Positions 9,778 through 20,111 of a stretch of 64,000 nt of DNA are shown here, one piece after another. Position 1 is the stretch's first letter, and the number at the start of each line of letters is the position of its first letter. Source of the stretch: an uncultured Verrucomicrobiae bacterium (GTDB taxonomy: Bacteria > Verrucomicrobiota > Verrucomicrobiia > Limisphaerales > Palsa-1400). Below the pieces are notes generated by a model. The model searched no databases. It had not been told where the DNA came from and saw only the letters and a list, made by a program, of their open reading frames with translations. Location of the stretch: contig CAVXRD010000002.1 in the NCBI GenBank assembly GCA_963764165.1, positions 1,888,001-1,952,000 on the forward strand, written 5' to 3'. The translations under genes were made by a program, and so were the position numbers.

Positions 9778-10544
9778 GTTTCAAGACCTGTGAACGGTTT
9801 ATGCTGGCAGACTTGTTCCAGCATTGGGCTGCGCACTGTCGCGCCCATGAAAAAATGTTGAAAGGAGGTGACTGCTTTCTTTGCTTCAAAATTGGACAGA
9901 CTGACGATGAGTGTCTCCAAATCGGGACGCCACACTAAGCAATGCTATCGGGATTAACCTGATGTGAAGGAGGGTTTGCCAGGCATTCGTGTGGAAAAAT
10001 CGAAAAATATTTTCGAGCCGGCGCGACGACTGTTTCCAGAGGGAAAAGCAGCCGGAAGGCGCTCTGTCGCCAAAACATGCGAAACTTTTCGCTAAAGTTT
10101 CACTAAAGGGAAACCGATATACGAACGCTAAGCCCGAGAATGGCCGCGTTTCCATTGACAGCGGCCAGCCTGTCCTTCGCCATTTCATAAATCCCTGATT
10201 TGCAAAACGTTTGACGTTTTTCTCCACTTCCCGCCGATTTCGAAGCGGCGGTGGAGGGCGGAACGTCCACGCTGACTGCCGTTGTTCGGCTGACAAGGGG
10301 TGGGAACGCCAGTTGCTTATGGATAGTCACCTGAAGAAAAGGTGATCTTGACTAGTTCCATACAAATGACAGTCTCCGGCACGCTCGACAAAAGTGCGGC
10401 GCATGTGCGCCACCTCGAAGCCATCGGAACTGTCATTAATAATATGGAACCACCTATTCTAGCATCCCCTGCGGGCAACGATAAAATCTGGAGCATTCTG
10501 AGCGGCCTCTCCGCTCCGCTCACCAACCCACTCGTGAGGTGTGC

Positions 10545-11843
10545 ATGAGCGCGCAGCATCCCACATCACGGCGGAACTTCCTGAAAGCTTCAGCCCTGGC
10601 CGGCGGGGCGCTGATGATGCCCGCCATACTCGCCAGCCGGGCCTCGGCGCAGCAGGACGATACGATCCTCAAGGTCGGCCTCATCGGCTGCGGCGGCCGC
10701 GGCACGGGTGCCGCAAGCCAGGCCTTGAGCGCCGACAAGAACGTTGTCTTGACAGCGATGGCGGACGTCTTCGAAGAAAAGCTCCGCACCAATCTCGAAA
10801 ATCTGCAAAAGCAATTTCCCGACAAAGTGAAGGTCGATCCCGATCATAGCTTCGTCGGGCTGGATGCCTACCAGAAGGTGATTGACAGCGGCGTGGACGT
10901 CGTTCTGTTGGCGACGCCTCCAGGATTCCGCCCGATGCATCTGAAGGCCGCCGTGGCCGCGGGCAAGCATATCTTCTGCGAAAAGCCGGTGGCGACGGAC
11001 GCGCCGGGCATCCGCTCGGTGCTGGAAAGCGTCGCGGAGGCGAAGAAGAAAAACCTGGCGCTGGTCGCCGGTTTCTGCTGGCGCTACAACCTCGCCGAGC
11101 GCGCCCTTTTCGGGCGCATTCGCGACGGCGCCATCGGTGATGTTCGCGTGACCTACGCGACTTACTACACCGGCGCGGTCAAACCGATGCCGCCAGCCAG
11201 CGAGCGCCCCGCCGCGATGTCAGATCTCGAATGGCAATTGCGCAATTGGTACAACTTCAACTGGCTCTCCGGCGACAGCCTGGTGGAGCAGGCGGTGCAT
11301 GCCGTCGATTGGATTCTGTGGTCGATGGGCGATCAATTGCCCGTCAAAGCCATGGCTGTGGGCGGCCGCCAGATTCCGTCGCCCGGTGGAAATATATTTG
11401 ACCATTTCGAGGTCAATTACGAATTCCCGGGCAATGCGCGCGGTTTCCTCGGCAGCCGCCAGCAGGCAGGCGCCGCCGACGACAATACGGCGACAATTTT
11501 TGGAACGCAGGGTGAAGGCCGCGAACTGGGCTTCAACGGAATGCCATTCATCAAGGGCGCGAAGCCCTGGCGTTACGAGGGGCCGCGGCCGAACATGTAT
11601 CAAGTGGAGCACGACGAGCTGTTTGCGTCGATCCGCAGCGGCAAGCCCATCAACGATGGCGTGCGCATAGCGAATACGTCGCTGGCGGCGATCATGGGCC
11701 GCATGGCTGCCTACACAGGGCAGGAAATCACGTGGGACATGGCTCTCCATTCGCAGGAGAAACTGGTCCCGGAACACATTGATTGGAAAACTCCAATATC
11801 TGTCCCGACGTGGGCCATGCCCGGCAAGACAAAGTTCATCTAA
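10545..11843 (+). CDS. Gfo/Idh/MocA family oxidoreductase with Tat signal
   Basis: SRRNFLK twin-arginine motif, VGLIGCGGRG, HIFCEKP. Confidence 0.93.
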   Translation: MSAQHPTSRRNFLKASALAGGALMMPAILASRASAQQDDTILKVGLIGCGGRGTGAASQALSADKNVVLTAMADVFEEKLRTNLENLQKQFPDKVKVDPDHSFVGLDAYQKVIDSGVDVVLLATPPGFRPMHLKAAVAAGKHIFCEKPVATDAPGIRSVLESVAEAKKKNLALVAGFCWRYNLAERALFGRIRDGAIGDVRVTYATYYTGAVKPMPPASERPAAMSDLEWQLRNWYNFNWLSGDSLVEQAVHAVDWILWSMGDQLPVKAMAVGGRQIPSPGGNIFDHFEVNYEFPGNARGFLGSRQQAGAADDNTATIFGTQGEGRELGFNGMPFIKGAKPWRYEGPRPNMYQVEHDELFASIRSGKPINDGVRIANTSLAAIMGRMAAYTGQEITWDMALHSQEKLVPEHIDWKTPISVPTWAMPGKTKFI

Positions 11844-11923
11844 CCCCGCGCCTTCCATGAATGCTTTTTTCTTTAACACGCACCGGCAGCCCTCAACGGC
11901 GGCGGTGAACCTGAGATACGCAA

Positions 11924-14900
11924 ATGAAAAAGCACATCTGTGGAAGGTCGGCCCCTTGGGCAGGGGTTTTGAGTTTTGGACTGGCTCGGCGCGCAGCGGC
12001 GTTTTTCGCGCTCTGCGCGCTGCCGCTCCCGCTCCACGCGGGAATGCAACGCCTGCATGACACCGTCCCGCCCGTGGTGGCCCGTCTGAAAGCCACCGGC
12101 GCCCTGCCGGCCGATCAGGACATGGAATTGGCGCTCACCCTGCCGATGCAGCATCAGGAGGCCTTCGAGCAGCTTTTCAAAGATGTCACGGATCCTTTCA
12201 GCCCGCGCTACCGCCATTACCTGACGCACAATCAATTCGCCCAGCAGTTCGGCGCGTCCGAAGCCGATTACGAAGAGCTGGCGGCCTTTGCCGAAAGATC
12301 CGGTTTGACAGTGACGGCGCGGCATCTGGACCGCACTCTCCTCAATGTCCACGGCAGCGTGGCGGCGATTCAAAAAGCCTTTCGCGTGAGACTGCGCACC
12401 TATCGCCATCCCATTGAAGACCGCGAGTTTTTCTCCGCTGACACCGATCCCGCGATTGAATGCCAGGCGGCCGGCGTCCGAGTGATCGGCCTGGATGACT
12501 TTGCCCGCCCCCATCGCAGCCAGGCGGCGGCCCGCCCCGTGGACCCGAAGGCCGCGGCAACAGGCGGTTCCGGCCCGGCGGGAACCTACTGGGGCTGCAA
12601 TTTCCGGGCCGCTTACGCGCCTGGCGTTTCGTTGACAGGCGCCGGGCAGAAGGTCGCGCTGGTGGAGTTTGACGGGTACTATCCAGGCGACGTCGCGAAC
12701 TACGCGAAGAAAGCCGGATTGCGCGGCGTTCCCGTGAAGGACGTCTGTGTCAACACCGCCACCGTCGCGCCAGGGGCCAACAACGCGGAAGTGGCGGGCG
12801 ATATTGAAATGATCAACTCCATGGCGCCCGGCCTTTCCGCCATCGTGGTCTATCAATCCAGCAGCACCACCCAGCCGGCGATTCTCAATCTGTTTGCCAA
12901 AATCAAGGAAGACAACTCCGCGCGGCAAATCAGCATGTCCTGGACTCTTCCCGACGCGGGATACGGCTCCTACGCCACCTATGACAGCATTTTCAAAACC
13001 TACGCCGTGCAGGGCCAGAGCTTTTTCGCCTGCGCGGGAGACCAGGATGCCGACCGGCTCTCCGCTTACTACAACGACGATCCTTATATCACCATCGTCG
13101 GCGGCACCTGCTTGAACACGGATTCCAATGAAAATTGGATTTCCGAAGTTGTGTGGAACGACCGGACGGCAATGGCGGGCGGCCCGGCTTACAACGGCAC
13201 GGCTGGCGGCGTCAGCTCCAATTATTCAATCCCGTCGTGGCAATTGGGCACCAGCATGGCGGCCAATGGCGGCTCGGCCAAGTTCCGCAACTATCCCGAT
13301 GTCTCGATCATTGCCTGCAACATTTATGAATACGTGGCCGACGGCCAGCAATGGATCGGCGAGGGAACAAGTTTCGGCGCGCCGCTCTGGGCCGCGTTCA
13401 ACGCGCTTGTCAACGAACAGGCGGCCTCCAACGGATTGCCGGCGGTCGGGTTTCTCAATCCGCTCCTCTATGCCATCGGAAATTCCGCGCTGGGGCAAAG
13501 CGCGTTTCATGACGTGACTTCCGGCGACAATAATTTCGACGGCTGGACAGGAAAGTATTATTCCGCCGCTCCCGGCTACGATCTGGTCAGCGGCTGGGGC
13601 ACGCCGAACGGCTCCAATTTGATCAGTTACCTCGCTGGCCCCTCGCAGGATTATCCGGCGGCGGCCATTCTCCATAATTTCCTAAACGGCGATGACGGCA
13701 GCGGGCCATCCGCCTCGCTGAGTTTGTCCGGCAACACGCTTTTCGCCGCCGCCGCAACGGGTGGAAAAAGCGGCTGCGGCACAATCTGCTCGGTCACGAC
13801 GTCCGGCAGCAACTTCACCATTCTCCATTCTTTCACCAACGGCCTCGACGGCGGATTGCCATATTCCCCGCTGACCATTTCCGGCGGCGCGATTTACGGC
13901 GCGGCTTCCGTTGGGGGTGCTTCCAGCCATGGAACGATCTTCTCCATGTCCACAAGTGGCTCTGGCTTCAAGGTTCTTCACAGCTTCGGAGGAGCCGATG
14001 GAAATGGCACGGAATCCCCGCTGCTTCTTGTCGGCTCGACACTTTATGGCGTGTGCGCCACCGGCGGCGCGGATAACGCCGGGGTGATTTTCTCGATCTC
14101 CACGAGCGGGGCGAAATTCAAGGTCCTCCACACTTTCACGAGCGGCGCGGATGGCGCGTTCCCTTGCGGCGAACTGGCGCTCAGCGGCACGACACTTTAC
14201 GGCACGGCTTGCGGCGGCGGCGCTCATGGCGATGGCACGGTCTTCTCGATTTCCACTTCCGGCGCGAATTTCAAAACCCTCCACGCGTTCACTGGTGAAA
14301 GCGACGGCGCTGGCGCCAGCGGCGGCGTGACCCTTGCGGGCGGCATGCTGTATGGAACGGCTGCGGAAGGCGGCTCAGCCCAGGACGGAACGATTTTCTC
14401 GCTCAACACGTCCGGCTCCGTGTTCAAGGTTCTCTATGCCTTTACCAATGGCATTGATGGTGCGACGCCCCATTCAGCGTTGACGCTTGCCGGCGGCACT
14501 CTTTACGGCACAGCCTCGGCGGGCGGCACGTGGGGAGACGGCACTGTGTTTTCGCTGCCGACCAGCGGGGTGTCATTCACTTCCATCCACAGTTTCTCGG
14601 GCGGCGATGGGTGGATGCCATATTCAGCCCCGGTCTTCTCCGGCGCGGTTCTCTATGGAACAACGGTTGAAGGCGGAACGGATAACGAAGGCGCAGTTTA
14701 CTCCCTCCCCTTGATGTCCTTGGTCAATTGGTGGGCAGCCGAGGGCACCGCCAAGGACAGCGTGCCGTTCGCGCGGGACATCGGCGCAAATGAAGCGGCC
14801 CCCACTTGCACCGGCGTCACCTATGCTCCGGGACATTCTGGCGAGGGCTTCCAATTCAACGGCGCATCGTGCGTCAACTTCGGCCCCAGCGCGGGCAATT

Positions 14901-15310
14901 TCGGGACGAATAATTTTGCGGTGGATTTCTGGATCGCGACTTCGGCATCGGGCGCCCAAACGATTCTCGGGAAACGTCCGACCTCGGGCTTCGCCAGCCT
15001 GTGGGGCTTCCGCATGGGGGCCGACGGCACGGTGAACTTTTCCATCTGCGCCAATGCGTCTGGCAAAGACAACCGCGTTCTGACCTCCGCTTCCGCCATC
15101 AACGACGGCAGCTTCCACGAAGTCACCGCCGTCCGCCTCGGACTTGATGTGTTCCTTTACATCGACGGCAAGTTGAGCGCCGAGGGCGCCACCGGCAGCA
15201 TCGCGGACATCTCCAACACGACGGCCCTGACCGCCGGCTGGGAACCCTGCGTCTCCGGCGAAGCGCAATTCGACGGCGTCCTTGATGAAATCAAGCTTTA
15301 CGAATATTAG
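11924..15310 (+). CDS. S53 (sedolisin/kumamolisin) peptidase with pro-domain, GloVer-type tandem repeats and C-terminal LamG
   Basis: Pro-domain YRHYLT..QFAQQFG; EVAGDIE, AGD, GTSFGAP, GYDLVSGWGTPNG; about 7 repeats FKVLHxF..DG..P...LYGT..GG...GTVFS; LamG ending LDEIKLY. Confidence 0.92.
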   Translation: MKKHICGRSAPWAGVLSFGLARRAAAFFALCALPLPLHAGMQRLHDTVPPVVARLKATGALPADQDMELALTLPMQHQEAFEQLFKDVTDPFSPRYRHYLTHNQFAQQFGASEADYEELAAFAERSGLTVTARHLDRTLLNVHGSVAAIQKAFRVRLRTYRHPIEDREFFSADTDPAIECQAAGVRVIGLDDFARPHRSQAAARPVDPKAAATGGSGPAGTYWGCNFRAAYAPGVSLTGAGQKVALVEFDGYYPGDVANYAKKAGLRGVPVKDVCVNTATVAPGANNAEVAGDIEMINSMAPGLSAIVVYQSSSTTQPAILNLFAKIKEDNSARQISMSWTLPDAGYGSYATYDSIFKTYAVQGQSFFACAGDQDADRLSAYYNDDPYITIVGGTCLNTDSNENWISEVVWNDRTAMAGGPAYNGTAGGVSSNYSIPSWQLGTSMAANGGSAKFRNYPDVSIIACNIYEYVADGQQWIGEGTSFGAPLWAAFNALVNEQAASNGLPAVGFLNPLLYAIGNSALGQSAFHDVTSGDNNFDGWTGKYYSAAPGYDLVSGWGTPNGSNLISYLAGPSQDYPAAAILHNFLNGDDGSGPSASLSLSGNTLFAAAATGGKSGCGTICSVTTSGSNFTILHSFTNGLDGGLPYSPLTISGGAIYGAASVGGASSHGTIFSMSTSGSGFKVLHSFGGADGNGTESPLLLVGSTLYGVCATGGADNAGVIFSISTSGAKFKVLHTFTSGADGAFPCGELALSGTTLYGTACGGGAHGDGTVFSISTSGANFKTLHAFTGESDGAGASGGVTLAGGMLYGTAAEGGSAQDGTIFSLNTSGSVFKVLYAFTNGIDGATPHSALTLAGGTLYGTASAGGTWGDGTVFSLPTSGVSFTSIHSFSGGDGWMPYSAPVFSGAVLYGTTVEGGTDNEGAVYSLPLMSLVNWWAAEGTAKDSVPFARDIGANEAAPTCTGVTYAPGHSGEGFQFNGASCVNFGPSAGNFGTNNFAVDFWIATSASGAQTILGKRPTSGFASLWGFRMGADGTVNFSICANASGKDNRVLTSASAINDGSFHEVTAVRLGLDVFLYIDGKLSAEGATGSIADISNTTALTAGWEPCVSGEAQFDGVLDEIKLYEY

Positions 15311-15348
15311 GAGTATTGCGCACCCGTGGAAGATGCCGGAGACATCAT

Positions 15349-15405
15349 AGCTTGCAGCCGGTGGTTGAGCGAAGTAACGCTTCGCTCAACCACCGGCTGC
15401 AAGCT
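15349..15405. repeat. Perfect 26-bp hairpin (REP-like, possible terminator)
   Basis: AGCTTGCAGCCGGTGGTTGAGCGAAG-taacg-CTTCGCTCAACCACCGGCTGCAAGCT. Confidence 0.85.
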
Positions 15406-15548
15406 TCCATCCCTGCCGGGATGCCGCCAACCGCGCTTATTGAAATAGTTCATTGGCTTCGACTCTGCCTTGCCAAATTTAACCATTCCTTAACAATTTT
15501 TTCCGGTTTGCCAAACTCGCGCTTAATATGGGGAGTGTCTCATGATCG

Positions 15549-16700
15549 GTGAAACGTGTAGTTTCAGACATGCGCTTGGCGAACCTTTCCAATTTAAGCT
15601 GGCGGCTGCGGACGATGATGTTCGCGGTTTTGGCGTGGCTTTTCATTGGCTTTGCCGCGTTGGCCCACGAGCCGAGCAAGAGTTTTCTCAGCCTGAAATT
15701 TGAGCCGGGGCGTCTGGTGGGGCAATGGGACGTTCCTCTCGGCGATTTAAGCAAGGTTGTGCCGCAGCCGGATTCCGGCGTCGCGAAGTCAGTGCCATAC
15801 CTCTGGTCGCATTTGGAAATTAGGATCGATGGCCGCAGTGCCACGCTTCGCGCGAACGGTGAGCCTGTTCCCGAGCAATTGTCCGACGGCAATTATTTTC
15901 AATTCAACTTCGTCGTGGAAGGCACAGCGCATCCACAAACTGTGGACGTAAAATATACGGCGTTTTTCGAAACGAATTCGCTCCATCGCGGCTTGTTGCG
16001 TGTGGAATCGGATGGGAAAACGCAGGTGGCGGCTTTTTCTCCCGGGCATGTTTCGCAAGAATTCCAACTGGGGGCGCCAGCCCGGCAAGCGCAGTTCTTC
16101 GATTTTGTCCGGGAAGGCATTTGGCACATCGGGACGGGTTATGACCACATATTATTCCTGCTCGCGCTGCTGCTGCCGTCGGTCTTGCGGCGCGAGGCGG
16201 ACGGGTGGCGGCCGGTGGAGGCATTGCGCCCGGCGTTTCTAAATGTTCTCAAGATTGTCACTGCCTTCACGCTGGCGCATTCGCTCACGCTCAGCCTCGC
16301 GGCGCTGGGCATCGTCCGGCTGCCTTCGCGGGTCACCGAATCGGCCATTGCGCTGTCGGTGGTGCTGGCGGCGCTGAATAATTTGTGGCCGATGGTGCGC
16401 GAACGCGGCTGGATGCTGGCCTTCGGTTTCGGATTGATTCACGGGTTTGGTTTTGCAACCGCGCTCTCCGATCTCGGACTTGCCCACGGCGCGATGGCCC
16501 TCACGTTGATTGGATTCAACCTCGGCGTGGAAATTGGGCAGCTCGCCATTGTGGCAGTTTTTCTGCCGGTGGCGTTTGCCTTGCGGCGCACCTGGCTTTA
16601 TCGCGAGCCATTGCTGGGCTTCGGCTCGGTTAGCATCGGAATGATCGCCGCCGCGTGGTGCGCCGAACGCGTGTTGAATATCCGCTTCATGCCTTTCTGA
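15549..16700 (+). CDS. HupE/UreJ family membrane protein
   Basis: GIWHIGTGYDHILFLLALL, TAFTLAHSLTL, FGLIHGFGFA, GFNLGVEIGQ; true start may be later (~15615). Confidence 0.92.
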   Translation: MKRVVSDMRLANLSNLSWRLRTMMFAVLAWLFIGFAALAHEPSKSFLSLKFEPGRLVGQWDVPLGDLSKVVPQPDSGVAKSVPYLWSHLEIRIDGRSATLRANGEPVPEQLSDGNYFQFNFVVEGTAHPQTVDVKYTAFFETNSLHRGLLRVESDGKTQVAAFSPGHVSQEFQLGAPARQAQFFDFVREGIWHIGTGYDHILFLLALLLPSVLRREADGWRPVEALRPAFLNVLKIVTAFTLAHSLTLSLAALGIVRLPSRVTESAIALSVVLAALNNLWPMVRERGWMLAFGFGLIHGFGFATALSDLGLAHGAMALTLIGFNLGVEIGQLAIVAVFLPVAFALRRTWLYREPLLGFGSVSIGMIAAAWCAERVLNIRFMPF

Positions 16701-16713
16701 AAATGGAAAAATT

Positions 16714-17739
16714 ATGAAAAGAAAAATGATCCTCACCTCAACTCTAATTCTGTTTTGCTTGTGGCTGGGCCGTGCCAGCTTCGCGCAGGACACCCCGGCC
16801 ATCGGCAAAGCGAATGGGCAAATCGCCGAGGCCGCGAAAAAATTTCTCGCAACCCTCGATGACAATCAGCGCGGCAAAGTGGTTTACGATTTCAAGGACG
16901 CCGCGCAGCGAAAGAGATGGTCGAACCTTCCCACAACATTTGTGAAGCGCGGTGGATTGCGCCTGGGCGACCTTACGAAGGCGCAGCGCGATTCGATTGA
17001 CGCGCTGCTGGAGGCGGCCCTGAGCGCGAGCGGCTACCAAAAGGCCATGGAGATCGTGCAAGCCGACGAAATTCTCAAACAAGGCGGTGACGGAAGGATG
17101 TTCGGCAAAGACGAATATTATATTTCGTTTCTCGGCCAGCCGTCGGCCACCGAGCCGTGGATGATTCAATTCGGCGGGCATCACCTCGGGCTGAATGTCA
17201 CGCTCGCCGGTGACAACGCCACGCTCGCGCCGAGCCACGTCGGCGCGCAGCCGGCCATTTACGAATTTGAAGGCAAAACCGTGCGCCCGCTCGGGCGCGA
17301 AGTGGACAAGGCGCTTGCCCTCATCACTTCGCTCGATGAAGGGCAGCGCAAGAAGGCCATTCTCGGATTTCAAGTTCGCGACCTCGTCCTCGGCCCAGGC
17401 CGCGACGGACAATCGATCCAGCCCGAAGGAATCAAGGGATTCGACCTGACCGAAAAGCAGCGCGGCATGCTTATCGATTTGGCAAGTGAATGGACGGGCA
17501 TTCTCAATGACGCCGCGGGCAAAGCGAAGCTGGAAGAATTGAAACAGCACGCTGCGGATACATGGTTTGCGTGGAGCGGGCCGGTCGAAAAAGGCAAAGC
17601 CGCCTACTTCCGAATTCAAGGCCCCACGGTGCTGATTGAGTATGCGCCTCAGGGCCTTGGCGGCGATTGGATGAAACACACGCACACCATTTACCGCGAC
17701 CCCGCCAACGATTACGGCGCCAAATGGTGGAAGCAATGA
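16714..17739 (+). CDS. DUF3500 domain-containing secreted protein
   Basis: Signal peptide, WSNLP, QFGGHHLGLN, YFRIQGPTVLIEY, HTHTIYRDPANDYG. Confidence 0.88.
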   Translation: MKRKMILTSTLILFCLWLGRASFAQDTPAIGKANGQIAEAAKKFLATLDDNQRGKVVYDFKDAAQRKRWSNLPTTFVKRGGLRLGDLTKAQRDSIDALLEAALSASGYQKAMEIVQADEILKQGGDGRMFGKDEYYISFLGQPSATEPWMIQFGGHHLGLNVTLAGDNATLAPSHVGAQPAIYEFEGKTVRPLGREVDKALALITSLDEGQRKKAILGFQVRDLVLGPGRDGQSIQPEGIKGFDLTEKQRGMLIDLASEWTGILNDAAGKAKLEELKQHAADTWFAWSGPVEKGKAAYFRIQGPTVLIEYAPQGLGGDWMKHTHTIYRDPANDYGAKWWKQ

Positions 17740-18380
17740 TTGCGCGAGTCCGCATTTTCTTGCTGCTGCTGGCGCTAACGACTTCGCTTGCGATGCCATC
17801 CGTCGCGCGAGCCCACGCGCTGGACGAATATCTCCAAGCCACGCTGGTGGCGATCTCGGCGGGTGAAATTCGGTTCTCCATTAACTTGACACCGGGCGTC
17901 GCCGTCGCCGATCAAGTGCTCGCGCTCATTGATCTCGATCAAGACGGCGTTATTTCCACCAACGAAGCTCGCGCGTATGCGGAATTGCTGAAGCGCGATC
18001 TCTCCGCGAAGCTGGATCAGCGCGAATTGGAATTGAAAATTGAGGCCTGCAATTTTCCAGACACGAACGAGCTTCGCACCGGCTGGGGAATCATTCAGGT
18101 GGAGTTTTCGGCCAAAATCGATTCGCTGGCCGGAGGCTCGCACCGGTTGGAATTCGACAACCGCCACCAGCCAGCCGCCAGCGTGTATCTCTTCAACGCA
18201 ACGCAGCCGAGTTCGGAGGACTTTATCCTCATCACGCAGCAAAATCGGAACAAAACACAAAGCCACGGGGAGATCATTTTTGACCATTACGTTCCAAAAC
18301 ACATGTCGCCCGTTGTGCCGCTTCTGCTGGCGCTCTTTGTTATTCTTGCCGCCTGGCAGGTGCGGCACGGGTTTAGGTAG
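17736..18380 (+). CDS. Exported protein with EF-hand-like motif and C-terminal membrane anchor
   Basis: ATGA overlap with the upstream stop; signal peptide then HALDEYLQAT; DLDQDGVIS. Confidence 0.8.
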   Translation: MIARVRIFLLLLALTTSLAMPSVARAHALDEYLQATLVAISAGEIRFSINLTPGVAVADQVLALIDLDQDGVISTNEARAYAELLKRDLSAKLDQRELELKIEACNFPDTNELRTGWGIIQVEFSAKIDSLAGGSHRLEFDNRHQPAASVYLFNATQPSSEDFILITQQNRNKTQSHGEIIFDHYVPKHMSPVVPLLLALFVILAAWQVRHGFR

Positions 18381-18431
18381 AAGCCTCGACCCGTCTTCGC
18401 TAAAAGCTCCGGCGTGGCAAACGAGGCGTGC

Positions 18432-20111
18432 CTACCTTTGGATTAGCGCGAGGAGATTCGCCAGGGTATCCGCTTCTTCTGGCTTTTTGTCGTGACGCCA
18501 TCGGTTGATGCGGGGGAATCTCACGGCCACTCCCGATTTGTGCCGCGTGGATTTTTGGACGCCCTCGAACGCGAGTTCAAACACCAACCGCGGCGAGACC
18601 GCGCGCACTGGCCCGAATTTCTCCACGCTGTTGCCGCGCACAAATGCGTCAACGCGCAAAATTTCCTCATCCGTCAAACCTGAGTAAGCCTTCGCCACCG
18701 GCACGAGCGCGCCGTCCTGCCAAAGCGCAAAAGTGTAATCCGTATACAAGCTCGCGCGGCGGCCATGCCCTCGCTGCGCGCCGACCAAAACGGTGTCGAT
18801 GACAAATGGATCCACCTTCCACTTCCACCAATCGCCGCGCGGACGTCCCACGCCGTAGGGCGAATCCAATCGCTTCAACATCAGCCCTTCAACCTCTCGC
18901 TGGCGGGCTTGCTGGTGAAGTTCCGCCGCCTCTGTCCACGAACTCGCGGTGAGGACCGGCGAAATTCTCAACGGCGATTGCGGCTCTTTGCCGCCTGGCT
19001 CTTCAAAACCCGGCAGCATGAGCGGCCCGCCATCCAATCGCTTCGGCTTCGCGGCCGCGGCATTTGCGATGACGTTCTCCAATGCGCGCCGCCGTTCGGC
19101 GAGCGGCAGCGGGCGCATGTCGCGGCCTTGCCATTCCAACAAATCGTAGGCGAGAAAAGCGACGGGATGCTGCACGCGCGTTTTCGCCGAAACGATTTTG
19201 CGTCCAAGTCGGCGCTGCAAGGCGGCGAATGGAAGCGGCGCATCCCCGCGCCACGCGAGAATTTCTCCGTCGATCACGGTGCCTTCCGGCAGATTCATGC
19301 CTGCCTCGACAAGCTCGGGAAAACTTTCGGAAATCATCTCCTCGCCGCGCGACCAGATCAGCGCTTCGCCGCCGCGCCGAATCAGTTGCGCGCGGATGCC
19401 GTCCCACTTCCATTCGAGCTGCCATTCGTTCACCAGGCCCAAATCTTCCAGCGATTCTCCGCGGCGGATGCGTGTCTCCATCGGCGAGGCCAGAAAAAAA
19501 GGATAGGGCTGCGCAACCGGTGAAGGCTGATTTTCGCCGCTCAGCAATTTCTGAAAATCTTGGGCAGACGGACTCCATTTCCCCATCACGCGATGCGCCA
19601 TGATTGCCGGATCAATGCCAGCCAGTTTGGAGAGCGCGCGCACGACCAAAGTTTGAGCGGCGCCGATTCGAAAATTTCCCGTGATCAATTTATTCCAGAC
19701 AATTCGCTCCTCCGGCTTCAACTCGCGCCAAGTTTGGACGAGGAGCGAGCGTTTTGCGTTGTCAGTCAAATTCGGCAGCGGGAGCAGGCGCTTTTCGATT
19801 AATTCCGACAGCGGCAGACTTGATCCCGTTCCCTCCTCCGGCAGGAGCAGCGCCATCGTTTCCGCAAGATCGCCGACGGCTTCGTAACATTCGTCGATCA
19901 GCCAATCGGGAAATTTGGATTCCGCCGCAATCCAATCTCGCAAATTTCTTGATGACACGGCGCGCTTCAGCGTTCGGCCCGAGAGAAATTGCAAGGCCCA
20001 GGCGGCATCGGCGGGCGGCGCTTCCGCGAAGTAGCGTTCGAGCGCGGCCACCTTTTCGTTGGTGCGGGTGGTTTGGTCGAGTTCGTAGAATAGCTGGGTG
20101 AAACGCTTCAT
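18432..20111 (-). CDS. ATP-dependent DNA ligase (DNA damage response type)
   Basis: EWKWDGIRAQ, DGEI, AYDLLE, EGLMLK, WWKWK, RFPRI. Confidence 0.95.
   Translation of the reverse strand: MKRFTQLFYELDQTTRTNEKVAALERYFAEAPPADAAWALQFLSGRTLKRAVSSRNLRDWIAAESKFPDWLIDECYEAVGDLAETMALLLPEEGTGSSLPLSELIEKRLLPLPNLTDNAKRSLLVQTWRELKPEERIVWNKLITGNFRIGAAQTLVVRALSKLAGIDPAIMAHRVMGKWSPSAQDFQKLLSGENQPSPVAQPYPFFLASPMETRIRRGESLEDLGLVNEWQLEWKWDGIRAQLIRRGGEALIWSRGEEMISESFPELVEAGMNLPEGTVIDGEILAWRGDAPLPFAALQRRLGRKIVSAKTRVQHPVAFLAYDLLEWQGRDMRPLPLAERRRALENVIANAAAAKPKRLDGGPLMLPGFEEPGGKEPQSPLRISPVLTASSWTEAAELHQQARQREVEGLMLKRLDSPYGVGRPRGDWWKWKVDPFVIDTVLVGAQRGHGRRASLYTDYTFALWQDGALVPVAKAYSGLTDEEILRVDAFVRGNSVEKFGPVRAVSPRLVFELAFEGVQKSTRHKSGVAVRFPRINRWRHDKKPEEADTLANLLALIQR

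Noticed and set aside
9861..9871. Perfect AAAGGAGGTGA (complement of the 16S 3' end)
   Set aside because: No rRNA context and no well-placed start with a credible ORF; only short unsupported peptides on either strand
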